Source: Sanchytrium tribonematis (lineage: Eukaryota). From it: DNA of 20,000 bases. Made by a program: the position numbers and the translations under genes. The stretch covers positions 47,687 through 67,686 of the forward strand of contig JADGIG010000006.1 in the NCBI GenBank assembly GCA_018985235.1, given 5' to 3'. Within the stretch, counting starts at the first letter, position 1; each line of letters starts with the position of its first letter. Below the pieces are notes generated by a model. The model was not told the origin of the DNA. It was given only the letters and a program-made list of their open reading frames with translations, and ran no database searches. Below are positions 8,619-19,141 of this stretch, piece by piece.

Positions 8619-9962
8619 TTATTTCAAATTTATTTTGGGCTTTGGTGTCAATTGCAAATATGTTTGCCAGTCATCCTCATCACCTATCTCAATAACATCT
8701 GTGCCATCTATATAACTCATTTTTATGGATTTTAAATTCAATTTTGTAGTAATTTTTAATTGGGCTTCCTTGTAGGTGTTGTTATTTAATAGCATCACAA
8801 AAACTTTTCCAGAAAAGTCAAATTTTGCCGGACTGGCAACTGGTTCGGCAACTTGCTCGTCACTTCCCTTGTTTTCGTCAATAGAACCCTTCCTTTCCTT
8901 TGGGGCTAACTTTTGGGGCTTGTTCTGGAAAGTTGTGGGGGCCTTGAGCTCATTGGGGTCTTCTTTTTTCTTTTCTCTTGGTTTGTCGGTCTTCTCTTTA
9001 CTATCTGCTTCTTTAGGCTTCTCTTTCGCCTCTTTGTTCACTTCCTTTGTATCTTTTGGTACGTTTCGTTTGCCTTTCATAGGTTCACTGACTGCAACTC
9101 CACTACCGACTTTCATTTGGTTCCATGGTGCAACAATTTCTGCGGCACTCATTCCTTCTTTCACTTGATATTTTTTATTGTACACAGTGTCAATTTCCCA
9201 ATTCTGAAAAAAGTTTTGAATCAATTGACTGTTAAGAATGTGTTCGGGTAATTGAGCAAAAATTTCCTTGCAATAAACTGCTAGCTGAGCAGCTCTTCGC
9301 TGCGTAACATTCTCATTGGCAAATGGAACGGGTCCGGGAATGGTAGGTATCACTCTTGTTCCAGAAATTCCGCTCTCTTGTGGAAATGTCGCTAAAAGTG
9401 TAAGCTGCATGTCATAAAAGTCTTGATATGTCCTGTAAATTATTCTATGGATGTGATCTTTTGAATCTGTCTCAATGAGAAAAGTCCAAACATTTCCTTT
9501 TCCTTTAAAATATTGAACCACAATGGCGAATGTTATATTTGCTGCTGTTGGAGTTGCGCATTCCTTGAGATAGGTAGTTTTTTGCGTTGGTTCGAGTCTC
9601 TTCAAAGTCCCATAAGGTTTTAGGGTTCCACGAGATGTATTCTCTGCTGCTGTGAATCTTGAAAGTGTCATTTTTGGTCGCTCTATCTTGGCAACTTTTG
9701 GTTTTATTTCTTTTTCATTTTGTTTGTCTGCTACTTGATTTGTCTTAACTGGTAATTCAAGTGGTTTTAATGCCTTTTTGATTTCCAGGTAGTTGCTGGG
9801 CACATATCCTTCTTTTCCCTTATACTTTACCAGAGTCCAGTCTGTACTCCCTTTCACAACCTCTACTTCTTCACCCTCTTTGATTGCTAAAGCTTGCAGA
9901 CCATTTTCGAAGTCATATTTTTCAGTACCAGGATCAAAATCAAATTGTAGCTTCACGTGCAT
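8619..9962 (-). CDS. SH3-PX-PB1 scaffold protein (Bem1/p40phox-like architecture)
   Basis: N-terminal SH3 (LAIKEGEEVEV..DW..V....EGYVPSNYL), PX (IYRTYQDFYDMQ..L...FP....R.IP.IPGP...RR..QL..Y), C-terminal PB1-like segment with an acidic OPCA-type motif (MSYIDGTDVIEIGDEDDW). Confidence 0.85.
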   Translation of the reverse strand: MHVKLQFDFDPGTEKYDFENGLQALAIKEGEEVEVVKGSTDWTLVKYKGKEGYVPSNYLEIKKALKPLELPVKTNQVADKQNEKEIKPKVAKIERPKMTLSRFTAAENTSRGTLKPYGTLKRLEPTQKTTYLKECATPTAANITFAIVVQYFKGKGNVWTFLIETDSKDHIHRIIYRTYQDFYDMQLTLLATFPQESGISGTRVIPTIPGPVPFANENVTQRRAAQLAVYCKEIFAQLPEHILNSQLIQNFFQNWEIDTVYNKKYQVKEGMSAAEIVAPWNQMKVGSGVAVSEPMKGKRNVPKDTKEVNKEAKEKPKEADSKEKTDKPREKKKEDPNELKAPTTFQNKPQKLAPKERKGSIDENKGSDEQVAEPVASPAKFDFSGKVFVMLLNNNTYKEAQLKITTKLNLKSIKMSYIDGTDVIEIGDEDDWQTYLQLTPKPKINLK

Positions 9963-10256
9963 CTTAAAAATTTATTTTTACCCATTTTTACAATTTATTA
10001 CCAAAACAAAGCAACTACATTGACTCATGCTTGTATTATCGCATTTAAATTTATTTGATTCAGTTGATTGACGTCAAAATGTTTAACGAAGTTGATTTGG
10101 ATGATTGTCACGAATAGATATTGAAGCTCAATTGTTCTTATGGTGTTAGCTATTTCCGATACTTTTGGTAATTGAATAACAAAAAGTTATTAATATATTT
10201 GCTTGCCCAGACTTTCGATTGGTTTTTATTCAAAACGCGCCACTTTTAAATTTTCA

Positions 10257-11706
10257 ATGGATGACGAAAAGAAAGACTTAAAAATTCAAATCCCTGCCAA
10301 CAAGGATTTGAAGTCATCTGTAGAAAGAAAAATACCAGAAGACCTTAAAACAGATACTTTTGTAGCAATTGTAGGGCAACCTTTGCCTCAAGCAGGAAGT
10401 ACAAGTCCAAAACCTTTAATTGTTAACGCAGAAGACAATCCGGCTTTAATTAAACCGCCAGACCAAGACCCTGAAGGCGCAAGTCCGGGATACCATGAAA
10501 GAAAAGTTATGGATGTACTTGATGGAAATAATGAAGACCCTTTCACTTTAGATTCGTTCAAAGAATTAATATTAAATCACGCGGATCAAGAGAAAGATTA
10601 TATTTTAGCCAGAGTTATTACGATGGATCCAAAAGACAACACACGTTTTTATTATTCCTATTATCCTGGGCATAATATTAATAAGGTTCTATTTAGAACC
10701 CAACCTGAAGAAGGGCTATTACATAGAATGAAAGCCAAAAATCCGCTTAATAATATGACTATTGTGGGTGATGTATTTTACTACGCTATATCTTGTAAGC
10801 AGTCGGAGAAAGTTAAACGAAAAGATAAAAGTAACGATGCGTCTCCAGAGTCTATTAAATCTCCAAGAACGATACAGAGAAACGCTATGAGTGCTAAATT
10901 AAAAATAATATTGGAGCAGTCACCAAAATCAACCTATTTAGTGACACGTCCAGACATGCATGAGAACGAGCCATTAAAAACTCGAAGACCTAGTGCAGAT
11001 GACGTATTTTCTTACACCAAGACTGCGCCAAATTTATCGCCTTCGAAATTATTTCACAACTCTGAATTTTGGCAAGGCTGGCAAAATAATTTAAGAGCCC
11101 AAAAAATAGAATTAGAGACTCTGAGTGCTGGAACTGAATTGGATGTATCCGCTTCATTATTGTCTCCCAAGCAAGTTAGTTATTTAAATGATCGACAGAG
11201 TGTTTCCATAAATGACTGGATATCGAACCATACAACCTCCAAAGAAAAAGTATTCCTCATTTATTTAGTCTCCAACCATCTTCTATGCACATTATATTGG
11301 CAGCGACGATGACTTTTTAATGAAATCTAACTTTAGACAATTCTTTAAGAAAAACGCATTGACAGATGAAGAGGCTGTTCTATTCTCTCTACCAACAAAC
11401 TCACTTTACCCTTCTACACCAAATCCGCAGGACCAACTCCCCCCAAATGACGACCAGTCGCGCCTCAAAATGGTAAGATATGTTCTAGGTAGTTATCTGA
11501 TGGTTATAATCTTAGTCTTGGGTGCATTTTTGTTTTCCTCAAAGGACCGTGACACAAACAACGATCAATTTAAAACAATGATCATTGTGAGTGGCGTGTT
11601 ATTGAGTGTAGTTATAGGTATACTTGTAGCATATGAAATATATATTAGAAGACGTGGTAGAGCTGGTAGCGAACCACTGAATTCTAATGCAGACCATGAA
11701 GAATAA
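10257..11706 (+). CDS. Conserved membrane protein (possibly DUF5092-like), 2 exons (10257-11249, 11269-11706), 476 aa, two C-terminal TM helices
   Basis: Track ORFs 10203-11312 and 11320-11706 join via a 19-nt intron (...SKEK|SPTIFYAHYIGSDDDFLMKSNFRQFF...). The block 'DPFTL...YYSYY...INKVLFRT...LLHRMKAKNPLNN..IVGDV.YY' recalls DUF5092 from memory (unverified). First ATG at 10257. Confidence 0.8.
11250..11268 (+). other. 19-nt spliceosomal intron (phase 0)
   Basis: GTATTCCTCATTTATTTAG; removal fuses two long ORFs in frame. Confidence 0.9.
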
Positions 11707-11709
11707 AAC

Positions 11710-12249
11710 TCATTTACTCAAATATACACCGCTGTCTGTTTTGGACAAAAAGAGTCGCTTTTTCCTTTCCCTATAATATGAGCTAAATTGAGGCTTTTCT
11801 TCTGCTTCGACTACCTTTTGAAGAGTGTCATATAGACAATTCTTGTTTGATACAACATCAAAATGTTGCTTAAATATTAATATTTCTTTCTTCTCGTTCA
11901 AATAATCAAATATGGAAACAAAAAATAAGAGACCTAGAAAATATATAACATTTCCTAAGTACTTACTATAAACCATGCCCTGTTGTTGCATTTTTTTTGA
12001 ATTAAAAGAATTCGAATATTCTGCATTATTCCAGGGAGAGTAGGACTTGAGTACGTCTTTTTTTGTATAATTTTTGCGTTCGAGTGTTAATGGAATTTTT
12101 CTACACTTTTTAGCAGATAACTTTGGAGGGTCCCTCAAAAAAGGTTGCTGTAGCATTCTCATATCAAGAAATAACAATGCCATTCCACTTAAAAGTATTG
12201 TAATATAAGTCTGGAGCATTTTAAAATGGCCTAAATATTTTAAATTCAT
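11710..12249 (-). CDS. Hypothetical membrane protein (two hydrophobic segments)
   Basis: 179-aa ORF. The ATG at 12249 is only 4 bp from the upstream stop, so the real start may be 12219 (MLQTYITILLSGMALLFL). Confidence 0.6.
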   Translation of the reverse strand: MNLKYLGHFKMLQTYITILLSGMALLFLDMRMLQQPFLRDPPKLSAKKCRKIPLTLERKNYTKKDVLKSYSPWNNAEYSNSFNSKKMQQQGMVYSKYLGNVIYFLGLLFFVSIFDYLNEKKEILIFKQHFDVVSNKNCLYDTLQKVVEAEEKPQFSSYYRERKKRLFLSKTDSGVYLSK

Positions 12250-12253
12250 TTAA

Positions 12254-13027
12254 TTATAATCCTCCATCCATTACATTTTTAGATTCTCTTAATAGAACTA
12301 TGGCCTCGTTGATAGTACTATTAGGAAAATATTTTTGTGGGTTAAAAAAAGGCGAATGTATAATTTGAGATTCTACAGTAAAAGGAATATTTAAATCAGG
12401 AATTTTATCACCGAGACTCTCGCACCACTTTCTATTAACTTCAAAGTAATCATGACCAGGCCATAGTAGTGCTTTTTTGGGATAACTTGCTTTCATTTTT
12501 TCAATGTAATCTGATAATGATTCAACAGAACCTTCAAAAAATTTGCCTGTTCCCAATGAAAAAATTGAGTCTCCAGTGAAGATATGCAACTCATCCATGT
12601 ATCTTAATTCAATCACAACGGAACATGGTGTGTGAGTACTTACAGGTACAATTTTAAAGTCCAAGTCGCCGAATTTTAAAGTATTATTTACATCATATTT
12701 TTCACCCATATCTCCAAAGCTATATAATTTGATAAAATTCATATCTTTGACGCCCGCGCAGTGATCCCAATGGGTATGGGTTAAAAGCACGATGGGATCC
12801 TTTATGGATACGGCAAACCCAGGATCAATCACAACAGTAGTAGACCCACAAGTGAGAATGTATGTCAAATTATTGTCTGAATGGTAAATGCCGCTTATGG
12901 TCAATCCATTGGACTCATAGTGTAATCTTTCGTCTTTTTCACTGTATAAAAATTGTTTAAATATAGTTCTTCCGAAAGATGAGCGAAATGCCGAATATTG
13001 AATTTTATCCCATAAGGAAAGCTCCAT
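12254..13027 (-). CDS. Hydroxyacylglutathione hydrolase (glyoxalase II)-like metallo-beta-lactamase fold protein
   Basis: THTHWDH metal motif, 'DN..Y', HT, FTGDSIFSLGTGKFFEG, WPGHDY. Confidence 0.9.
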   Translation of the reverse strand: MELSLWDKIQYSAFRSSFGRTIFKQFLYSEKDERLHYESNGLTISGIYHSDNNLTYILTCGSTTVVIDPGFAVSIKDPIVLLTHTHWDHCAGVKDMNFIKLYSFGDMGEKYDVNNTLKFGDLDFKIVPVSTHTPCSVVIELRYMDELHIFTGDSIFSLGTGKFFEGSVESLSDYIEKMKASYPKKALLWPGHDYFEVNRKWCESLGDKIPDLNIPFTVESQIIHSPFFNPQKYFPNSTINEAIVLLRESKNVMDGGL

Positions 13028-13093
13028 GTTTTGAAGTTCTATAAAAATGTCACTGCAATTTATTATTGGTTATCATTATAGTTTATTTTATCA

Positions 13094-14881
13094 CTATTTC
13101 CTAAAATCATCAGATGAAGGCGGCAGTGGCTCGCTTTTTGTGGTTGGCGGTGCGAGATGCACATAAAGGGTATCCATTGCATCAAAATCGAAATCCGGCA
13201 CTTTTCCGTGAAGCATATACTGCTTAATTCGGTTTTGCGTGTTTTCAAATATTTTGGCTTTCGAAATTTTTGGAGTATCTGCCTTTCGTGTCTTGATAGG
13301 ATTTTCTCTATGATATTCTAATAACGATTTTTTGGAAGCTATTCGTTTTTCATGAAATTCAAGATATTCTTTGGGCAAACTTTTTAATAACTTTTGCTTA
13401 AATTGTAAATCTTTGAGAATTTCAGATTGTACCTTTCTACTATTTGCGATTCGAATTTCGTAATCCAGTTTATATTTTTCAATTTTCATTCGCAGCTCTT
13501 CTTTTTCTTTCTCCATTTCTTTCAACTTTTTCCTGTAATCCTTCACTTGTTCTGCCAAACTGGTATATTTGCTTTCAAATATTGCTTTGTCATTTTCAGC
13601 CTTTTGAAGCTCTAACGACAAAGTCTCATTCTTTTTATTCTGATCATCCAGGTAAGCAACCGCTTGTTGTATTCTTTTGGAGTCCTTAACCACGACCTCA
13701 GGCTTTGGCTTTTGCAAAATGCTTGATCTTAGTTCTTCTAGTTTTTTAGCTAATTGAATTGTTTCCTCTTCTGACATTTTTAACTGATCATCTGATATTT
13801 GCTCAGCTTCCTCTCCTTTCAAAGTCTCTGGTTTAATTTTATTTTCAAGCATCTTTTTAATTCTTTTAATCTCTTCCTGGTATTCTCGAATCTTTGTATC
13901 TTTAGGATCTTCATTAATCTTTGGTTTGTTTTTAATATTTTTAGCACGACTAGCATATCGTAGAGTACTAATGGATTCATCCGCATTGTAATCTGCAGGA
14001 CTTATAGTAGAAATCATTACAGTTTTCGAGTTACCACCCAATGCATCTTGAAGGAGTCGCGTCAATTTGCTGTCTCTGTAAGGAATGTGTGGTTTGTTTT
14101 CTACCAAAGAAGATATTACATTGCCCAAATTGGATAGACTCAGATTGATTTTCGCTCCTTCTTTCAACCTGTCACCAGTTGCTCCTGTTTTTGACTGTCT
14201 TTCTGAACCAGCCAAATCTACCAAGTTTAGTTTTCCAACTCTGACAGTCTGATTGTCCATTAAATGTTCGATAGTAATGGTAAATACACAATGAGATCGA
14301 CTACTTTCATCGTTCATTTGAGTTGCCGCGACGCTTCTTACCTCATTTCCAATTTTCATTATGTTTTGCATATCTGCCATTGAGTGCACCACAATATTTG
14401 TCAAATCCTTTACATAAACAGTCTTATCAGGATATTCTTTAAGATCCAAGTTTGGCTTTCCCTTGATCAATAGATCATGAATGTCCTCATTATAAATTTC
14501 TAAAAATGAGCATCTCAATAAAAATTTTGCATTTGATTCACTTATACGCTTAAAAATATAATCAAAGGTATTCGGAATAATTCCTCGCAAGTCGGGGATT
14601 TCCGCAATGCCTTGCATTGTGAACGTTTTCCCTGTTCCTGTTTGTCCATAACAAAACAAGCAGCCATTGTAGCCATCAATTACTGCATCAATGACATGTT
14701 TAACGCTTTGAAAAACTTCGGACTGGGAGGAGTCAACTCCAAAAACTTGATCAAATGCAAATGATTTTCCTTTAAGTTGAACTTGGTTTGAAAGGCATTC
14801 CACTATGGAAGGTGATTTCATTGCCAATTCTTTTTTATTTAATGGTCGGCATCTAATAAATACTTGCACTGATTCACTCAT
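13094..14881 (-). CDS. Kinesin-2 family (KIF3/KIF17-like) motor protein
   Basis: N-terminal motor with RCRP, P-loop [59 protein letters not shown]; neck '[11 protein letters not shown]' typical of kinesin-2; followed by a coiled coil. Confidence 0.92.
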   Translation of the reverse strand: MSESVQVFIRCRPLNKKELAMKSPSIVECLSNQVQLKGKSFAFDQVFGVDSSQSEVFQSVKHVIDAVIDGYNGCLFCYGQTGTGKTFTMQGIAEIPDLRGIIPNTFDYIFKRISESNAKFLLRCSFLEIYNEDIHDLLIKGKPNLDLKEYPDKTVYVKDLTNIVVHSMADMQNIMKIGNEVRSVAATQMNDESSRSHCVFTITIEHLMDNQTVRVGKLNLVDLAGSERQSKTGATGDRLKEGAKINLSLSNLGNVISSLVENKPHIPYRDSKLTRLLQDALGGNSKTVMISTISPADYNADESISTLRYASRAKNIKNKPKINEDPKDTKIREYQEEIKRIKKMLENKIKPETLKGEEAEQISDDQLKMSEEETIQLAKKLEELRSSILQKPKPEVVVKDSKRIQQAVAYLDDQNKKNETLSLELQKAENDKAIFESKYTSLAEQVKDYRKKLKEMEKEKEELRMKIEKYKLDYEIRIANSRKVQSEILKDLQFKQKLLKSLPKEYLEFHEKRIASKKSLLEYHRENPIKTRKADTPKISKAKIFENTQNRIKQYMLHGKVPDFDFDAMDTLYVHLAPPTTKSEPLPPSSDDFRK

Positions 14882-14903
14882 CTCAATTAAAAGTTTCAGA
14901 TTA

Positions 14904-16772
14904 CTAATATTTATTGGTATATAATAAAATTGAATTCATGCAATTATAAAACTCATTTAACGCTTTCGAGTATTTCCAGAAGTCGATTTTCTCAGTTTCA
15001 GAGATTTGATTCCAATTTTTCAAGGCTTTTGATTTAATGCATTGTAGATTTATATCTGGATTGGGTTGATGAATTAGATACTTGTCGTAAAAAAGAAATG
15101 ATTCAATTTTAGACAATTCGGACATATCGAAACCTGGACTGTTTATGGTTTTCGGTTTTGCTTTTTTAAAGTCAAATATATTTTGTTGTTTAGTATTAAT
15201 TTCCTTACAATCATCCTTTCTATCAAAACAAATCTCAAAGTTGTTATCCATACATAAATAGGTGACTTCTTCTCCGGAAAGAATCTTTTGTCTCTTTTTA
15301 GTGGATGGCAATTTTGTGTCAGTTACAATCATTCGTTTTTTACTAATTTCAGCAGAATTATGAATTGTTCTTCGTGGCATCGGAAGTGTGCTAATCCAAT
15401 TTTTAAGTTCCTCAATAGTTATTTTGCCATAGCTCTCTTGAGTAATTAGTTTATGATTCGCATCAAATAAATATTGGATGACTCCAAATTCTTTACAGAA
15501 TTGAATACACAAATCTTCTTTACAATTTGATTTCGAAATACAGTCTTTGCTAAATATTGAATAGCCCAAATTGGGTATCTCTAGCCGGCCAATGTAATGA
15601 TTTAAACGTTTTATCGACTCCACAAAAATAAACGAAGGTTGATGTTTGAAAAAGCTTTTGAAGTAGTTCTCAGCAAATGCAACATACTTCGATGGAGGGA
15701 AGAAAGAATCTTTGGAAACCAAAGCTCTACACTTGCTAAACATCAACTGGTCGTGCATCAAATTAATTTCTCCAGTGATGTATTTTTTTAAGCCTTGGAA
15801 GTATCCAAAAGTGGTGTGCCCATGGTCCATTAGTTTGAACAAAAACAGACTAGTATCATCAATATTGTTTTCAAGCAGATCTTCAATATTTAAAGTCGTT
15901 TGAAATATCATCTCACTGATTCTTATTTCAGTGAGATAAAGTGACTGTCCATTGGCATTTGTTGAGTATTGCTTAACGCAGAAACCATCATTATCATCGA
16001 AATTCAAATTATAAAATTCTTGAAGTCGTTGCAAAGATACAGATACTCTTGATTTGGTTTCAGTCTCCCTACATTTTGCAATTTCCTTGATGAAATTTGC
16101 AAATTTATTTTTCTTCAAGCAGAATGTGCCATTTTTCTCAGTTAATATCCCAGCTGCTTTTTTAAAACTAAAAAAATTGCATATGATATTGTCGGGGCAT
16201 AACTTTCTGAGCTGCGAAACCTCCACAGGACCTTTCATTGAAATTTGAAGAATATCATAATATTTTTTTGGGATGGAATCAAACACTACATCATGAAGAT
16301 CTGAAATATTATCCATATGAACTAGTGGAAACAATAAGGCTATGTCTTTCAACAGCTGTGACGTGTATACCTTATAATCCTCATCTTTGTATCTGCCATA
16401 CAGCCCCTCCAAGAGCCTAGACATAAATTCTTTCGTAGTTCGAACTGTTGTTAAAATTCTATGTTTTGAGAAATATCCCAATAAGCAAGCAAATAATTCC
16501 CAATTGTAAAATGCATCAAACATATATAGAACATTTGGCAATCCACTGCCATGCAGTCTTGATTTAATGAGCTGATTATTTTTAGATGGGGAAATTCCTT
16601 GGTCACCACTTCCTAAAAAATTCAATCTAATTTTAATCTTGTTTGGTACCCACAGAATGATCATGATGTCATCTGGTACAAATAAATCTTCAAGCTGTTC
16701 AGTCATTTTGCGAGTGCATGGAACAATAAGGCACTTCTGATAATCCGCAATCTTGTAGAATCGTTCAAACAT
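14904..16772 (-). CDS. Large orphan protein with putative dsRNA-binding domains and C-terminal HMG-box-like segment
   Basis: Long uninterrupted ORF. The track ATG at 16841 lies inside the upstream CAP gene, so ATG 16772 is more likely. Domain calls are by eye only. Confidence 0.7.
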   Translation of the reverse strand: MFERFYKIADYQKCLIVPCTRKMTEQLEDLFVPDDIMIILWVPNKIKIRLNFLGSGDQGISPSKNNQLIKSRLHGSGLPNVLYMFDAFYNWELFACLLGYFSKHRILTTVRTTKEFMSRLLEGLYGRYKDEDYKVYTSQLLKDIALLFPLVHMDNISDLHDVVFDSIPKKYYDILQISMKGPVEVSQLRKLCPDNIICNFFSFKKAAGILTEKNGTFCLKKNKFANFIKEIAKCRETETKSRVSVSLQRLQEFYNLNFDDNDGFCVKQYSTNANGQSLYLTEIRISEMIFQTTLNIEDLLENNIDDTSLFLFKLMDHGHTTFGYFQGLKKYITGEINLMHDQLMFSKCRALVSKDSFFPPSKYVAFAENYFKSFFKHQPSFIFVESIKRLNHYIGRLEIPNLGYSIFSKDCISKSNCKEDLCIQFCKEFGVIQYLFDANHKLITQESYGKITIEELKNWISTLPMPRRTIHNSAEISKKRMIVTDTKLPSTKKRQKILSGEEVTYLCMDNNFEICFDRKDDCKEINTKQQNIFDFKKAKPKTINSPGFDMSELSKIESFLFYDKYLIHQPNPDINLQCIKSKALKNWNQISETEKIDFWKYSKALNEFYNCMNSILLYTNKY

Positions 16773-16816
16773 GGGGTGTGGTAAATGGAAAATGCTTTTG
16801 TAATTTGGTAGAAAAT

Positions 16817-17470
16817 TTATTTCTTTGTTCGGCGATGACATTTTGAAGTATTCGATGGCTGCGAGTTATATACCGGGCTTTTTGGCTTTGAGTGTTCTTT
16901 AGTTTCCGAATGCTCTTTGGTTTTTGATACCTTTGGTTCGTCCTTGGCTTTACTTTTTGGCTTTGGTGGGGCCGGGTTTGGTGGAGTATAGGCAGCGTTA
17001 TCATCAGGTGCGTGTTCAACACCAGGTCTCCCTAGTACGTTGCCTGGAGGTTTGTAATTGCATATAATAGGTTTGTTTTGACCCGATTGATAACAACTCA
17101 TAGTTTTTGTATCTTTCCAAACCATTTGACTATAATGCCCTTGGCATTTGCTCATGTCAAAACTAGTCATCAAAGAGTTGAAGTCGCAACTACTTTTTTC
17201 GGCGAAAAACATATTTGCAGAGCCAGCTCCATCACTCCCACTTGCAAGGTTTTCACCAGTTTTAGCCAAGTCGGGCACTTTGTCACATTGACCATGTTGA
17301 AATAGTACTGGGTGGCATTGAATTTGCGCTTTTTCCATTTCATCGTCCCACGTCAAAGGTGCAGAGCCTACTTCTGCTCTAGCTTTATTGTGAATTGCAA
17401 GAATTTGAGCTTTTTGATCAGAGGTGATTGCGTTTCCATATTGCGCATAAGCGAAGTTTGTAAACAACAT
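16817..17470 (-). CDS. CAP/SCP/PR-1 family secreted protein with Pro/Lys-rich tail
   Basis: ILAIHNKARAEVG..PLTWD, GENLA, GHYSQMVWKDT, ICNYKPPGN. Confidence 0.95.
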   Translation of the reverse strand: MLFTNFAYAQYGNAITSDQKAQILAIHNKARAEVGSAPLTWDDEMEKAQIQCHPVLFQHGQCDKVPDLAKTGENLASGSDGAGSANMFFAEKSSCDFNSLMTSFDMSKCQGHYSQMVWKDTKTMSCYQSGQNKPIICNYKPPGNVLGRPGVEHAPDDNAAYTPPNPAPPKPKSKAKDEPKVSKTKEHSETKEHSKPKSPVYNSQPSNTSKCHRRTKK

Positions 17471-17746
17471 AAGTGGCGCTTCGCAACACTGTTAAATACG
17501 TTGCAAGTATATTCAATAAACTTTCAATTGGTTCAAAATTTAATCAGCAAGCAGTTTTGATTGCCCTTATATAATAATATCTGTGACTAATATAATTTCC
17601 TTAGACAAAGAATTTGAATCTGTGGCCATGTAATCATGTTCGATTTGTAAGGAACTAATTGTTTTGAAAATTTATCGGGTATATCCTGTTTTAAAAATTA
17701 TGTCACGCCGCTTTTCCTTTAGTTTGCCGAGCTAAATATTAAAACA

Positions 17747-19133
17747 ATGCAACATTTCGTTCGTAGGTCTTTAAATTTGATGGAAAAGCCTATGGCTGTC
17801 ACTGCAGAACAAGCAGTATCAGTAATTAAAAACAACGATAGGGTTTATGTTCATTCGGTCGCTGCGACTCCTGTCAAGCTTTTGACGGCATTATCTAAAA
17901 GAAATGAATTGAAAAGTGTCGAACTAATGCATATACATTTGGAAAACGACAATCCATGTTCCCACCCATCCTTAAAGGACAGTTTCCAATCTTTAAACTT
18001 ATTTGTTGGTAAACACGAAAGAAAACATGTAAAAAGTGGCAGGAATGTTTTTATTCCAATTTTTCTGAGTGAAATACCTAAGCTGATGCGATCAGGAAGG
18101 TTGGCACCGAATGTTGCATTGATTCAAGTATCCCCACCAGACAAACATGGGTATTGTTCTCTAGGAACAGAAGTCACTTGTGCATTTCCAGCTGTAGAAT
18201 GCGCTCACACGATTATTGCTCAGGTAAACAAACATGTTCCTCGTACGCATGGTACCTCAATGATTCCATACTCGAAAATTGATTATGTTTTCGAAAATGA
18301 CGAACCTTTGCCGACTACAAAAGTGGCCGAACCAGGAGACGCAGAATTGAAAATCGGACATCATATAGCAAATCTCATTAAAGATGGAAGCACCTTGCAA
18401 ATGGGGATTGGAGGAATTCCAAATGCTGTGCTGCGAAGTTTAAAGCATCATAAAAATCTGGGAGTGCACACTGAAATGTTCCAGGATGATCTTATCCCAC
18501 TAATTGAAAAAGGAATTGTCAATAATTCTTGCAAAAAATTTTTAAAAGGAAAGACTGTCACCAGTTTTGTGATGGGATCTCAAACTTTATATGACTTTGT
18601 GGATGACAACCCAATGGTTCAATTTCTCGACTCTTCCATCACCAACGACCCGGTCATAATTGCCAGAAACCCGCAGGTACTTTTATATCATGTAGGTCAT
18701 AGCTATAAATTCCGCAGTTGAAATTGATTTAACTGGACAAGTCTGTGCAGATTCTATTGGTAAGAATATCATCAGCAGCGTTGGAGGCCAGGTTGACTTT
18801 GAAAGAGGTGCAGCAATTGCAGAGGCTGGAGTCCCAATTATTACTATGACAAGTACTACAAAGAAAGGTGAATCAAAAATTGTGCCATTTTTAAAAGATG
18901 GTGCTGGTGTTGTAACTACTAGAAGTCACGTACATTGGGTCGTGACAGAATATGGTGCTATCAATCTATGGGGATTGAACACTCAGCAACGGGCCTCTTC
19001 ATTGATTAAAATAGCACATCCAGATCATCGAGAATTTTTATACAAAGAAGCCTATAAAAACTTCAATGTTGATGTTGAACACTTACCAATGCCACCATTG
19101 CCTCACAAAATGACTAGTGGTAAAATAAATTAA
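17747..19133 (+). CDS. Family I CoA-transferase (acetyl-CoA hydrolase/4-hydroxybutyrate CoA-transferase type), 2 exons (17747-18676, 18696-19133), 455 aa
   Basis: SPPDKHGYCSLG, LQMGIGGIPNAV, GVHTEMF (catalytic Glu); after splicing NPQ|VIAINSAVEIDLTGQVCADSIG...VGGQVDFERGA; VVTEYG, LIKIAHPDHRE. Confidence 0.95.
18677..18695 (+). other. 19-nt spliceosomal intron (phase 0)
   Basis: GTACTTTTATATCATGTAG; removal restores the conserved AINSAVEIDLTGQV motif. Confidence 0.95.
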
Positions 19134-19141
19134 TAGTTTAC

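Noticed and set aside
9963..9981. 19-nt GT..AG segment (GTAAAAATAAATTTTTAAG, minus strand) immediately before the SH3 gene ATG
   Set aside because: Lacks the invariant A14 and TAG end, and splicing joins no upstream ATG in frame; at most a 5'-UTR intron.
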